Part shown: positions 1 through 8,149 of the stretch, one piece after another
Numbering within the stretch: position 1 is the first letter of the stretch
How the letters are laid out: each line of letters starts with the position of its first letter
Translations under genes and position numbers: made by a program
NCBI GenBank assembly: GCA_051382305.1
Contig: JBBCAV010000143.1
Coordinates: 1-11,917, forward strand
Direction of reading: 5' to 3'
Origin: Bdellovibrionota bacterium FG-2
Lineage (GTDB): Bacteria; Bdellovibrionota; UBA1018
DNA length: 11,917 nucleotides
The notes under the pieces: model-generated
What the model was told of the DNA's origin: nothing
The model's database searches: none
Seen by the model: only the letters and a program-made list of their open reading frames with translations

Positions 1-1062
1 TTTCAGGCCCGCTCCAAGGCGATTCAATTGGGTGAAGGAATTGATTGGGGAAATGGTGAGGCCTTGGCCTATGCGAGTCTTGTGAATGAAGGCTGGGGTG
101 TGCGCTTGTCTGGACAGGATGCCGAGCGCGGCACGTTTACGCATCGGCACAGCGTGGTCCATGATTTTGAGACGGGAAAAACCTTTGCGCCGTTGCTTCA
201 TGTTCGGCCTGAACAGGGGCTTTTTCAGGTACATAATAGCCCGCTTTCAGAAACGGGGATTTTGGGTTTTGAGTTCGGATATTCGTGCGCGGATCCTCGA
301 ACACTCGTAATTTGGGAGGCACAGTTTGGGGATTTTACGAACGGCGCCCAAGTCATCGTCGATCAATTTATCGCGACTTCGGAAACGAAGTGGAGAAGGA
401 TGTCAGGGCTCGTGCTTTTATTGCCGCATGGGTATGAAGGTCAAGGGCCGGAGCACTCCAGCGCGCGCATTGAGCGCTTTTTGCAGCTTTGCGGACGCAA
501 CAACATGGTGGTCGCCAACTTTACCACTCCAGCGCAGCTCTTTCATGCACTGAGGCGGCAGTTAATGAGAAGTTTTAGAAAACCTTTGATTATATTTAGT
601 CCCAAGAGTCTTCTGCGACATCCGTCGGCGGTTTCGAAACTCTCCGATTTTTCGCAGGATTCTTTTCAGGAGGTTTTGGCAGATCCCAATGTTGAGAACG
701 TCGATCCGCAGGCCGTCCGTAAGATTCTGCTTTGCTCGGGCAAAATTTACTATGATCTGCTTGCCGAGCGTACGGCTCGCTCAGCCCATTCAGTCGCGTT
801 GGTTAGGGTGGAGCAATTTTATCCGTGGCCTGCAGTGCAACTCGAAAGGATTTTGGCTCCTTATCCCAAGTCCGCCTCGGTCAATTGGGTCCAAGAGGAG
901 CCCAGAAACATGGGTGCCTGGAATTTTGTGCAAAGCACTTGGGAAAATGATCGCCTTCTTCGTTATGTGGGACGTCCGATTGCCGCCTCACCGGCCGTGG
1001 GATCGCATCATATTCATGAAGAGCAACAACGGGCGTTGGTGGAGCAGGCTTTTTCAAATTAG
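1..1062 (+). CDS. sucA: 2-oxoglutarate dehydrogenase E1 component, C-terminal part (gene begins upstream of the window)
   Basis: Frame is open from base 1 ([17 protein letters not shown]...). Contains hallmark E1o motifs [56 protein letters not shown] and [12 protein letters not shown]. Stop TAG at 1060-1062. Confidence 0.98.
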   Translation, partial: FQARSKAIQLGEGIDWGNGEALAYASLVNEGWGVRLSGQDAERGTFTHRHSVVHDFETGKTFAPLLHVRPEQGLFQVHNSPLSETGILGFEFGYSCADPRTLVIWEAQFGDFTNGAQVIVDQFIATSETKWRRMSGLVLLLPHGYEGQGPEHSSARIERFLQLCGRNNMVVANFTTPAQLFHALRRQLMRSFRKPLIIFSPKSLLRHPSAVSKLSDFSQDSFQEVLADPNVENVDPQAVRKILLCSGKIYYDLLAERTARSAHSVALVRVEQFYPWPAVQLERILAPYPKSASVNWVQEEPRNMGAWNFVQSTWENDRLLRYVGRPIAASPAVGSHHIHEEQQRALVEQAFSN

Positions 1063-1082
1063 TGAAAAATAGAGGGATACCG

Positions 1083-2264
1083 ATGAAACATCAGATTCTT
1101 GCTCCTAGTGTTGGAGAGTCCATAACCGAAGTAGGAATTCTTAAGTGGCATCAACAAGATGGCCAAGCGGTTAAAACGGGCGATCTGCTTTTAGAGATTG
1201 AATCCGATAAAGCGACAGTGGAATTAGTGGCTGAGTTTTCAGGGGCGCTTACGATTATCAGAAAAGCAGGCGAGCGCATGCCGGTGGGCGATGTTCTCGG
1301 CGTGGTTGATGATGCGGTTCAGGGAAAAGTGATTGTGAAGCAGGCCGCGCCTGCGGGAGCCTCCGTCGCGGCAAGCGCGTCAGGACCTACTCCCCTGAGC
1401 CCTGCGGTCAAAAAAGCGATTGAAGAGCGGGGGCTAGATCCTTCTCAATATGAAGGTACGGGCAAGGGTGGAAGACTTACTAAAGGGGATCTCTTAGGCG
1501 AAAAGAAGTCCCCGGTCGGGAATGTGTCCGCCGCCGTTCCCAGCGTTCAAAGAGCGTTGAAGCCCGGAGAGCGCCGTGTCCCCATGTCGGCGCTTCGGAC
1601 AAAAATTGCAGAGCGGCTTGTACAAGCTCAACATGAAGCTGCGATTTTAACGACTTTTAATGAAGTGGACATGGGTCCCGTCGTGGTCTTGCGGACAAAA
1701 TATAAAGACGCGTTTAAACAAAAAAACGGCGTAGCCTTAAGTTTCATGTCTTTTTTTACTGTGGCATGCGTGGAGGCCCTCAAAGCGGTCCCCGCGGTCA
1801 ATGCGTGTATCGAGGGTAAGGACGTCGTCTATCATGATTTCATCGATATTGGAGTGGCGGTCGGTACGGAGCGAGGACTTGTTGTTCCGGTCGTTCGTGG
1901 AGTTGAGAAACTGGGCTTTGTCGATGTCGAAAAGAAAATTGCAGAGCTTGCACTAAAAGCGCGCGATGGAAAACTCTCGATTGCCGAAATGACGGGCGGG
2001 ACGTTTACGATTTCAAACGGGGGCGTTTACGGGTCCCTTCTTTCGACCCCGATTTTAAATGCCCCCCAAAGCGGGATTTTGGGGATGCACAAAATACAAG
2101 ATCGGCCGATGGCGATTAATGGCAAAGTTGAAATTCGTCCGATGATGTATCTCGCCCTCTCTTACGATCATCGACTTATTGATGGAAAAGGGGCGGTCAC
2201 GTTCTTGGTCGCCCTCAAGGACTTCTTGGAGCATCCGGAAAAACTGAAACTGGAGTTGGAGTGA
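1083..2264 (+). CDS. sucB: 2-oxoglutarate dehydrogenase E2, dihydrolipoyllysine-residue succinyltransferase
   Basis: N-terminal lipoyl domain (SVGESITE...[10 protein letters not shown]), E3-binding domain (LSPAVKK...[12 protein letters not shown]) and catalytic domain ([40 protein letters not shown]). ATG at 1083 follows AGAGGGA (1071-1077), so it is preferred over the GTG at 1062. Confidence 0.97.
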   Translation: MKHQILAPSVGESITEVGILKWHQQDGQAVKTGDLLLEIESDKATVELVAEFSGALTIIRKAGERMPVGDVLGVVDDAVQGKVIVKQAAPAGASVAASASGPTPLSPAVKKAIEERGLDPSQYEGTGKGGRLTKGDLLGEKKSPVGNVSAAVPSVQRALKPGERRVPMSALRTKIAERLVQAQHEAAILTTFNEVDMGPVVVLRTKYKDAFKQKNGVALSFMSFFTVACVEALKAVPAVNACIEGKDVVYHDFIDIGVAVGTERGLVVPVVRGVEKLGFVDVEKKIAELALKARDGKLSIAEMTGGTFTISNGGVYGSLLSTPILNAPQSGILGMHKIQDRPMAINGKVEIRPMMYLALSYDHRLIDGKGAVTFLVALKDFLEHPEKLKLELE

Positions 2265-2268
2265 GATT

Positions 2269-3696
2269 ATGGAAAATTTAGACGCTCAGTTTGATTTGAT
2301 CGTTATTGGCGGCGGTCCTGCGGGCTACGTGGCAGCCATCCGGGCCGCTCAGCTGGGGCTTAAAACAGCCTGCATCGAGAAGCGCAAAACATTGGGGGGA
2401 ACTTGCCTTAATGTGGGGTGCATTCCATCAAAGGCTTTACTGGAGTCTAGCGAAGTTTATCATCTCGCGCAGACACGTTTTCAAAAGCATGGCCTCTTGA
2501 TTGGAGGGCTGAAGCTTGATTTGCCACAGATGTTGAAGCGCAAGGATGCGGTCGTGCGACAACTTACGAACGGCATTGGGGCGCTGTTTAAGAAAAACAA
2601 AATTGAGTGGGTCCAGGGCGCGGGCCGATTGATGGGCGTCGAAGGAAAACTTAAGCGCGTTGAAGTATCCCTGGAGTCGGGTGAAAAAAAGGTTTTGGCC
2701 GCTGAACGAGTTTTACTTGCTACCGGCAGCGAGCCCGCTTCTCTGTCCTTTTTGCCCTTTGATGGAAAAGACATTGTAAGCTCCACCGAAGCTTTGAGTT
2801 TCGCGCAAGTTCCCAAACATCTCGTCGTGATTGGCGGCGGAGTCATTGGTCTTGAACTGGGTTCGGTTTGGCTGCGACTGGGAGCTAAAGTAACTGTCGT
2901 TGAGTTTCAAGATCGAATTTTACCGACGATGGATACGCAGGTGGGTCAGGAACTTTACAAATCACTTTCAAAGCAAGGAATGGAATTCAAACTTGCAACG
3001 AAGTGCACGGGCGTTAGCCGCACCGGTTCGGCCATGGTGATTGAGATCGAGGAGCTTAAGGGAGGCGCTAAGGCGCAACTGGAGTGCGATAAAGTGCTGG
3101 TAGCGACGGGACGAAAACCTTATTCGATGGGGTTGGGTTTGGAGATGCGTGGAATCAAACAAGATAAGCTCGGCCGCGTGGAAGTGGACGCTCACTATCA
3201 GACTGCAGTAAACGGCGTATACGCCGTGGGTGATTTAATTACGGGTCCTATGCTTGCTCACAAAGCTGAAGAAGAAGGCATTGCAGCTGTAGAACGTATG
3301 GCAGGCCAGGCAGGGCATGTGAATTATGAGGCAATTCCTGGCATTGTTTACACATCGCCCGAAGTCGCGTCGGTGGGTGCGACCGAAGATGAGCTCAAGG
3401 CCAAAGGCATTGCTTACGCAGCCGGACAGTTTCCGTTTGCGGCCAATGGGCGTGCGAAGGCGATGGAAGAAACTGAAGGATTTGTAAAAATCTTGGCTGA
3501 TGCAAAAACGGATCGCGTTTTGGGGGTCCATATTGTGGGGCCGAAGGCGGGCGAGTTGATTGCGGAGGCGGTGTCCGTGATCGAATTCGGTGGGAGCGCA
3601 GAGGATATCGCGCGCACCTGTCATGGGCATCCGACACTTTCTGAAGTAGTGAAAGAAGCGGCGCTTGCGGTCGCAAAACGGCAGATTCACCTCTAA
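2269..3696 (+). CDS. lpdA: Dihydrolipoyl dehydrogenase (E3)
   Basis: FAD-binding GGGPAGY, redox disulfide GGTCLNVGCIPSK, NAD-binding GGGVIGLELG and C-terminal HPTLSE. Starts 4 nt after the sucB stop, with a GGAG SD-like element upstream. Confidence 0.98.
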   Translation: MENLDAQFDLIVIGGGPAGYVAAIRAAQLGLKTACIEKRKTLGGTCLNVGCIPSKALLESSEVYHLAQTRFQKHGLLIGGLKLDLPQMLKRKDAVVRQLTNGIGALFKKNKIEWVQGAGRLMGVEGKLKRVEVSLESGEKKVLAAERVLLATGSEPASLSFLPFDGKDIVSSTEALSFAQVPKHLVVIGGGVIGLELGSVWLRLGAKVTVVEFQDRILPTMDTQVGQELYKSLSKQGMEFKLATKCTGVSRTGSAMVIEIEELKGGAKAQLECDKVLVATGRKPYSMGLGLEMRGIKQDKLGRVEVDAHYQTAVNGVYAVGDLITGPMLAHKAEEEGIAAVERMAGQAGHVNYEAIPGIVYTSPEVASVGATEDELKAKGIAYAAGQFPFAANGRAKAMEETEGFVKILADAKTDRVLGVHIVGPKAGELIAEAVSVIEFGGSAEDIARTCHGHPTLSEVVKEAALAVAKRQIHL

Positions 3697-5129
3697 TGGC
3701 AAAGTTAACAGTCAAAAATCCTTATACCGATGCCAAACTTGCCGAATTGGCTTATGCCAGCGAAAATGAAATTTCACAGAAGCTCTCACTTGCGCGTTCG
3801 GCGTTTCAGCGCTGGCGCCACGCGAGTGCTTTTCGACGAGCCGAATTATTGACTCAAATTGCCGCGGACCTTGAAGATCGTCATGAAGAGTTTGCGCGCC
3901 TGATTTGTCACGAAGCGGGCAAGCCGTTGTCGCTGGCTCATGCTGAAGTGAATCGCGCCATCGGAGTGTTTCGATGGGCCTCGGCAGAAGCCTCGCGTTT
4001 TTCAGGCGAGATGCTCAGACTCGACGTTGGAGCAGCGCAAAGAAGAGGCTTCGGGATTCATACGCGTTTTCCGCGCGGAGTGGTTTTAGGAATTTCGCCC
4101 TTTAACTTCCCGTTAAACTTGGTGGCGCACAAAGTGGCGCCGGCCATTGCCTGCGGATGTTCCATTCTGATTAAACCCTCTCCGTACACGCCCTTGACGG
4201 CGATGAAACTTGCGGAGCTATTTTCTGCTCGTGAATTGGATTCAGAGCCGGGTCTTGTGCAAGTCGTTCTTGCCGATGATCAAGCGACAGCCAAGCTTAC
4301 GGAGGTCAAAGAGATCGCGATGGTTTCTTTCACGGGTTCGGAGACGGTTGGCTGGATGATAAGAAGGCAGACTCCTGAAAAACCCGTGGCTCTTGAGTTG
4401 GGCGGGAACGCTTGGGTTGTGGTTTCCGAAGATACTCCGGCGACATTGTTTCCTCTGATTGCGCAGAAAATAGCCAATGCGGCATTTGGTTATGCGGGGC
4501 AATCGTGTATTTCCGTTCAGAACGTAGCGGTCGCAGGCGCGATCTTCTCGCAGTTTTCAAAATGTCTCAGAGAGGCGACTCAAAAGACCGCGTTTGGTGA
4601 TCCTGAGAAAACAGAAGTTATTTGTGGGCCGATGATTCATGAGCAGGCCATGGCGCGAATTGAAAAACTGCTCTCGGAAGTCAAATCCCAAGGAATTGAA
4701 TGTATGGAGTCCGATCATAAAATTCAGGAACAGGGAAGTTCTTCGGGGGCACGGTTGATTGCACCGACATTGGTGAGTTTTGCGGAAGGGCAGGATGCAG
4801 GTCTGGGCTCGGCTTTGATGTCTGAAGAACTCTTTGCACCGGTAGCGGTACTGACTCAGTTTTCGCGACTTGAAGATTTGATTCAGAGGATTAATGCCGG
4901 GAGATTTGGGCTCCAGGCGGGAATTTTTACGCAAAGAATAGATATCGCTGAAAAAGTCTATGCAGAACTTGAAGTCGGCGGCGTGATCGTAAATGACGTT
5001 CCGACGACGCGTTATGATCATCAGCCCTATGGGGGCGTGAAACAAAGTGGTTCTGGGCGCGAAGGAATTCGCTACGCCATGGAGGAAATGACCGAATCGA
5101 AGTTTATGGCTCTGTCAGGTGGCGTGTAG
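3696..5129 (+). CDS. NAD(P)-dependent aldehyde dehydrogenase, ALDH21/RNP123-like subfamily
   Basis: PFNFPLNLVAHKVAPAIA, FTGS, catalytic Glu in LELGGNA, catalytic Cys in AGQSCISVQ, EELFAPV, PYGGVKQSGSGREGIRYAMEEMTE. Start overlaps the lpdA stop (TAATG). Confidence 0.95.
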   Translation: MAKLTVKNPYTDAKLAELAYASENEISQKLSLARSAFQRWRHASAFRRAELLTQIAADLEDRHEEFARLICHEAGKPLSLAHAEVNRAIGVFRWASAEASRFSGEMLRLDVGAAQRRGFGIHTRFPRGVVLGISPFNFPLNLVAHKVAPAIACGCSILIKPSPYTPLTAMKLAELFSARELDSEPGLVQVVLADDQATAKLTEVKEIAMVSFTGSETVGWMIRRQTPEKPVALELGGNAWVVVSEDTPATLFPLIAQKIANAAFGYAGQSCISVQNVAVAGAIFSQFSKCLREATQKTAFGDPEKTEVICGPMIHEQAMARIEKLLSEVKSQGIECMESDHKIQEQGSSSGARLIAPTLVSFAEGQDAGLGSALMSEELFAPVAVLTQFSRLEDLIQRINAGRFGLQAGIFTQRIDIAEKVYAELEVGGVIVNDVPTTRYDHQPYGGVKQSGSGREGIRYAMEEMTESKFMALSGGV

Positions 5130-5131
5130 CC

Positions 5132-6202
5132 TCACCAATCTTTTAGCCATTGTTGTTCAACGCTTTTTTTGATCCGCTCGCCTAGAGAAGTCGGATTCGT
5201 ATTGAGCCAGGCGAAATGTTTGATTTGCTGGTTGATAATCTTCTTCTTAAGAGGAGAGATGTTTTTCTCCAAGAGATTTAGCACTCGTGTCGGTTCTAGT
5301 TGTGGAACGTTGTTTTTCGAGATGCCTAACATAAACCACGCCATTGAGAGTGTCCGCGTTTTCTTGAGATAATCAAGGAACTTCTCTCCATTAGGCAAAG
5401 CGCTGCCTTCGTTGCAGGAAGAAGCCGCAAATGTTAGATCGAGAATCTGCGTCGGCTGGATCGGAGCCCTTTGAGTAAGTGCTTCGCTCAGTAGATTGAG
5501 AAACAAGAATACAGGCGTGAGGGCGAGGGTCTGTTTCTCTAATCCTTCAAGTCCAGGGATGTGCACTTCGCGTGTGTGGCTTTCATATTCTTCATCCTCT
5601 AAAAGGAAAGGTGATCCGGTAAGTGCATGTTTGAGAGTCACTCCCTGAGGGGAGTGTGGGCGGTAAAGACTTACACTTTGCGCGTGAGTTGAAACATTCT
5701 CGGATGATCGAAATCCCAATTTCCCTAACACAGAAAGTGCTTTAGGAAATTCGTTTGTTCGAATTAGGAGTTGGTTTGGATGAGTCGGACAAGGCATGAA
5801 AGAAGGGTATATTTCTCTCCAAATCTGGGTGGAATTTAAGAGGGTAAAGGGAATCTTCGTTTTGCACAATCCTCGACAGGTGACTCGGAGGTCCTCTTCG
5901 CCAATTGAGGCAAGGATTTTTTCTCGCGCGTGAAGTTCGGCCAAGCGAAGGCGCGTTTTTTGCGGAAGAGCGCTTTGCCATTCAACACGATTCAGCATCT
6001 CGTATAAAAAGATCTGGCTTGAATTCTTTCTGGCGAGTTCGAAAAGCTGGTACCAAACGGAGGCCTCTTTCACAAAAGAAGGGGCGCTAGGAAGTGAGTT
6101 TGGGGTATCAAAGGTATCCAGCGCCAACGTCTTCCGAAGAAACTGCGTCTTCTCGGGCTCGAAATTCGAAATATCGTGCAGTGTTTGTTGAAGACCACCC
6201 AT
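5132..6202 (-). CDS. Hypothetical protein; divergent NTP_transf_5-like (uncharacterised nucleotidyltransferase) homologue lacking the catalytic acidic motif
   Basis: 356-aa ORF with a strong SD (AAGGAGG, 6214-6208). The segments WYQLFELARKN...FLYEML and IPFTLLNS...EIYP...QLLIRTNEFPKALSVLGKLGF follow the spacing of the NTP_transf_5 family as I recall it. The ORF is very likely real; the family call is by eye only. Confidence 0.6.
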   Translation of the reverse strand: MGGLQQTLHDISNFEPEKTQFLRKTLALDTFDTPNSLPSAPSFVKEASVWYQLFELARKNSSQIFLYEMLNRVEWQSALPQKTRLRLAELHAREKILASIGEEDLRVTCRGLCKTKIPFTLLNSTQIWREIYPSFMPCPTHPNQLLIRTNEFPKALSVLGKLGFRSSENVSTHAQSVSLYRPHSPQGVTLKHALTGSPFLLEDEEYESHTREVHIPGLEGLEKQTLALTPVFLFLNLLSEALTQRAPIQPTQILDLTFAASSCNEGSALPNGEKFLDYLKKTRTLSMAWFMLGISKNNVPQLEPTRVLNLLEKNISPLKKKIINQQIKHFAWLNTNPTSLGERIKKSVEQQWLKDW

Positions 6203-6207
6203 GCTAT

Positions 6208-6214
6208 CCTCCTT
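6208..6214 (-). promoter_or_regulatory. Shine-Dalgarno site for the 6202 ATG
   Basis: The minus strand reads AAGGAGG-ATAGC-ATG. Confidence 0.85.
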
Positions 6215-6228
6215 GATCTTGCATCACC

Positions 6229-6278
6229 CTGTCGATTCCGTTCGACAGTTGTAACTGACGGCAAATTCAAGTTGCCGT
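6229..6278. repeat. Three abutting or overlapping inverted repeats in the intergenic leader
   Basis: CTGTCGA-N6-TCGACAG (6229-6248), CAGTT-GT-AACTG (6246-6257) and ACGGCAA-N7-TTGCCGT (6258-6278), read directly from the sequence. Confidence 0.8.
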
Positions 6279-6284
6279 GGTATT

Positions 6285-6314
6285 AGAATGAAACTTTGGG
6301 GGGGGTGGGGTCAA
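6285..6314 (-). promoter_or_regulatory. Candidate sigma70 promoter, TTGACC-N18-CATTCT, with a homopolymer-rich spacer
   Basis: On the minus strand the -35 is TTGACC (6314-6309) and the -10-like hexamer is CATTCT (6290-6285). The spacer includes a C8 run (G8 on +, 6298-6305). Predicted start is near 6278. Confidence 0.45.
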
Positions 6315-6344
6315 TGAGAATTTGAGTGTCATCATTTTGGCGGG

Positions 6345-7253
6345 CTAAAAACGTAGTCCGACACCGCCGTCACCAAACGGTCCGCTAAAGTTAAGGGAAA
6401 CGGGGGTGTAGATTCCCCCGCTCTGGAAAACGGTGCTTCCCGCGCCGATTGTGGTGGGAGTGATGGCAGCGGATTTGGAATAACGATACCCCCCTTCGGC
6501 GAAAAGGAAGAATCTTTGACTTAGAATTCTCCAAAAATCAATTTTGCCTAAAAAGGTAACGGACTTCGCAGAAAACGTGGTTACATTTGGAGCCGTCAGG
6601 CTCGAAGCTGTTCCCGAGAGATCGTTGCTTAAGGTGTATCCTGGCAAAAGACTGAGGGAAGCCGAAACTTTCTTTTCATTTAAAAATCGCAGATTGATGC
6701 CAAGATAGACAGGCAGAGATTGGGCACCAAAGCTATATTCAACAGCCGAGGTCGTTTCCGTTGCTGCGACAGATTTTGAGAGATATTCGGTTCTGAGAAT
6801 GAATCCCAAATAACGAGTGGGCCAGAATCCTAGTTCCCCCCCAAACGATAGGCCATTTTTTAGTCCATCAAACCCAATCAGCGCGTTGGCGTCGGAGAGG
6901 GAAAAAAGGGAAAGGCCGCCAAATAAGCCGAAGCTCACCTTCGTCAGTCCTGTTTTTTTAGTCGCGCCTCGTTGAGTGCGCTCGGAGGCGGCATAGAAGT
7001 TCACCATTTCAGCGGGAATATACCCCGTAGCTCCGGATGCAGCTCGGGAACGATAGAATCCATCCTTGGGATCGTTTGCGGTCGTAATGATTGCTCCGGT
7101 TCGTAGCCGCTCCAAGACCTTGGATGTTTTGTCAGGTTTTTCAAATAAAGGCGCTTCATCAAAGGATATCGTCGCTGTTTTTGCCGCCCAGGCATCAGGC
7201 CCTAGTCCGAGGGATAGGCCAATAAAAAGCAATGTCAGTCCGTAGTGTTTCAT
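6345..7253 (-). CDS. Exported protein: signal peptide, SH3b-like domain and C-terminal outer-membrane beta-barrel
   Basis: Signal peptide ends in DAWA. Residues ~26-85 (APLFEKPDKTSKVLERLRTG...DGFYR...GATGYIPAEMV) match the bacterial SH3 pattern. The remainder has alternating Gly/aromatic amphipathic strands (LSFGGELGFW, PVYLGINLRF, FLFAEGGYRY) and ends in GGVGLRF with a terminal Phe (BAM-type signal). ATGA overlap with the M23 gene. Confidence 0.8.
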   Translation of the reverse strand: MKHYGLTLLFIGLSLGLGPDAWAAKTATISFDEAPLFEKPDKTSKVLERLRTGAIITTANDPKDGFYRSRAASGATGYIPAEMVNFYAASERTQRGATKKTGLTKVSFGLFGGLSLFSLSDANALIGFDGLKNGLSFGGELGFWPTRYLGFILRTEYLSKSVAATETTSAVEYSFGAQSLPVYLGINLRFLNEKKVSASLSLLPGYTLSNDLSGTASSLTAPNVTTFSAKSVTFLGKIDFWRILSQRFFLFAEGGYRYSKSAAITPTTIGAGSTVFQSGGIYTPVSLNFSGPFGDGGVGLRF

Positions 7254-8149
7254 CGCATCACCTTTGTCATTTCAAGGGGGCTAATTTTCGCTTTTTGTAC
7301 TACGACCTGCCAATGCAGGTGAGGGCCGCTGACACGTCCTGACTTTCCGGATAGACCCAAGAGCTTTCCGGTTGAAACCTTCTGTCCGGGTTTTACTTTG
7401 AAGGCGCTTAAATGGCAATAGAGGGAAAAGAATCCGTAGCCATGATCAATAATCACCGTGTTTCCGCTGAAAAAAAGGTCTTTTGCAAGGACGACAATCC
7501 CGGGCGCCGCGGACTTCACAGGGGTTCCGACGGCGGCCTTAAGATCCAAGCCGCTGTGATAACTCTGAGTCTGACCATTGAACATGCGTTTAGTGCCGTA
7601 AGGGCTTGTCATCGGGCTGTCGATTGGAAGTTGAAAAGGACCAGTCCAAAATTTTTCCAGGGTTATTTTAGAGTAGAGTGCGCCGACCTCCGCCATCTCT
7701 TTTTTGATTCGAATGAGGTCTTTTTTGCGGGGACTTACTTTTCTCGGATCTACTTTGAGTGATTCTGAAGCATAACCGCCGTCGATGATTTCAAAGGCAA
7801 GTTCTTCCGTATTGTTTTTCCCCTCTGCGTTTGTCCATTCAAGTTCGATTTTAGATTTTGTGGGTGTGTGCGAGTGCGGAATTCCCAAGAAACTTTCAAA
7901 GAGACCTGGTTCAATCGAGAAATTTGGGAAAAAGAAAAGGGTCGTTTGCTCAAAGCGGCCTTTGAGTGAGGCGGGATTTGCGTTTTTGGGAAGTATAACG
8001 CTGATACGTACAACACCTCCGTTTGCCACTGTCGATGAAGATAAGGTAAAAGGAGGTGGGGTGCCCGAAGGGGCGCCTGCGGCGATGGCACTCCAGAGGA
8101 GGCAGGAGATCGCAAATACCCTAAAGTGCTTGAACCTGTTTTCGACCAT
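7250..8149 (-). CDS. M23 family metallopeptidase (peptidoglycan endopeptidase-like), exported
   Basis: Intact Zn ligands HSGLD (HxxxD) and GPHLHW (HxH), plus GNTVIIDHGYG and YCHLS. The N-terminal hydrophobic segment is signal-like. The start is uncertain (ATG 8149, ATG 8179 or GTG 8182), and all three overlap the xseA 3' end. Confidence 0.92.
   Translation of the reverse strand: MVENRFKHFRVFAISCLLWSAIAAGAPSGTPPPFTLSSSTVANGGVVRISVILPKNANPASLKGRFEQTTLFFFPNFSIEPGLFESFLGIPHSHTPTKSKIELEWTNAEGKNNTEELAFEIIDGGYASESLKVDPRKVSPRKKDLIRIKKEMAEVGALYSKITLEKFWTGPFQLPIDSPMTSPYGTKRMFNGQTQSYHSGLDLKAAVGTPVKSAAPGIVVLAKDLFFSGNTVIIDHGYGFFSLYCHLSAFKVKPGQKVSTGKLLGLSGKSGRVSGPHLHWQVVVQKAKISPLEMTKVMR

Noticed and set aside
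28..30. TTG at 28 as the sucA start
   Set aside because: The frame is open from base 1 and the protein is only the C-terminal part of E1o, so this is a window-edge artefact.
1062..1082. GTG start for sucB at 1062 given by the ORF track
   Set aside because: The SD-like AGAGGGA lies just before ATG 1083, and lipoyl-domain similarity begins there.
86..5045. Many 60-160-aa alternative-frame and antisense ORFs inside sucA, lpdA and the ALDH (e.g. 689-1072, 3235-3702, 4557-5045)
   Set aside because: They overlap well-supported genes fully or almost fully and show no recognisable motifs; they are shadow ORFs.
6258..6278. GGCAAA...GTTGCC as a c-di-GMP-I (GEMM) riboswitch P1 stem
   Set aside because: Only 4 nt separate the two halves, leaving no room for P2/P3, the GNRA tetraloop or its receptor.
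6229..6278. Intergenic hairpins as rho-independent terminators or a mini-CRISPR
   Set aside because: No U-tract follows them on either strand, and the three palindromes differ in sequence, so there is no repeat-spacer pattern.
6203..6344. Hidden xseB or other small gene in the intergenic gap, including ORF 6070-6270
   Set aside because: The gap is 142 nt, too short for XseB. The 66-aa ORF overlaps the better-supported 6202 gene and has no recognisable motif.
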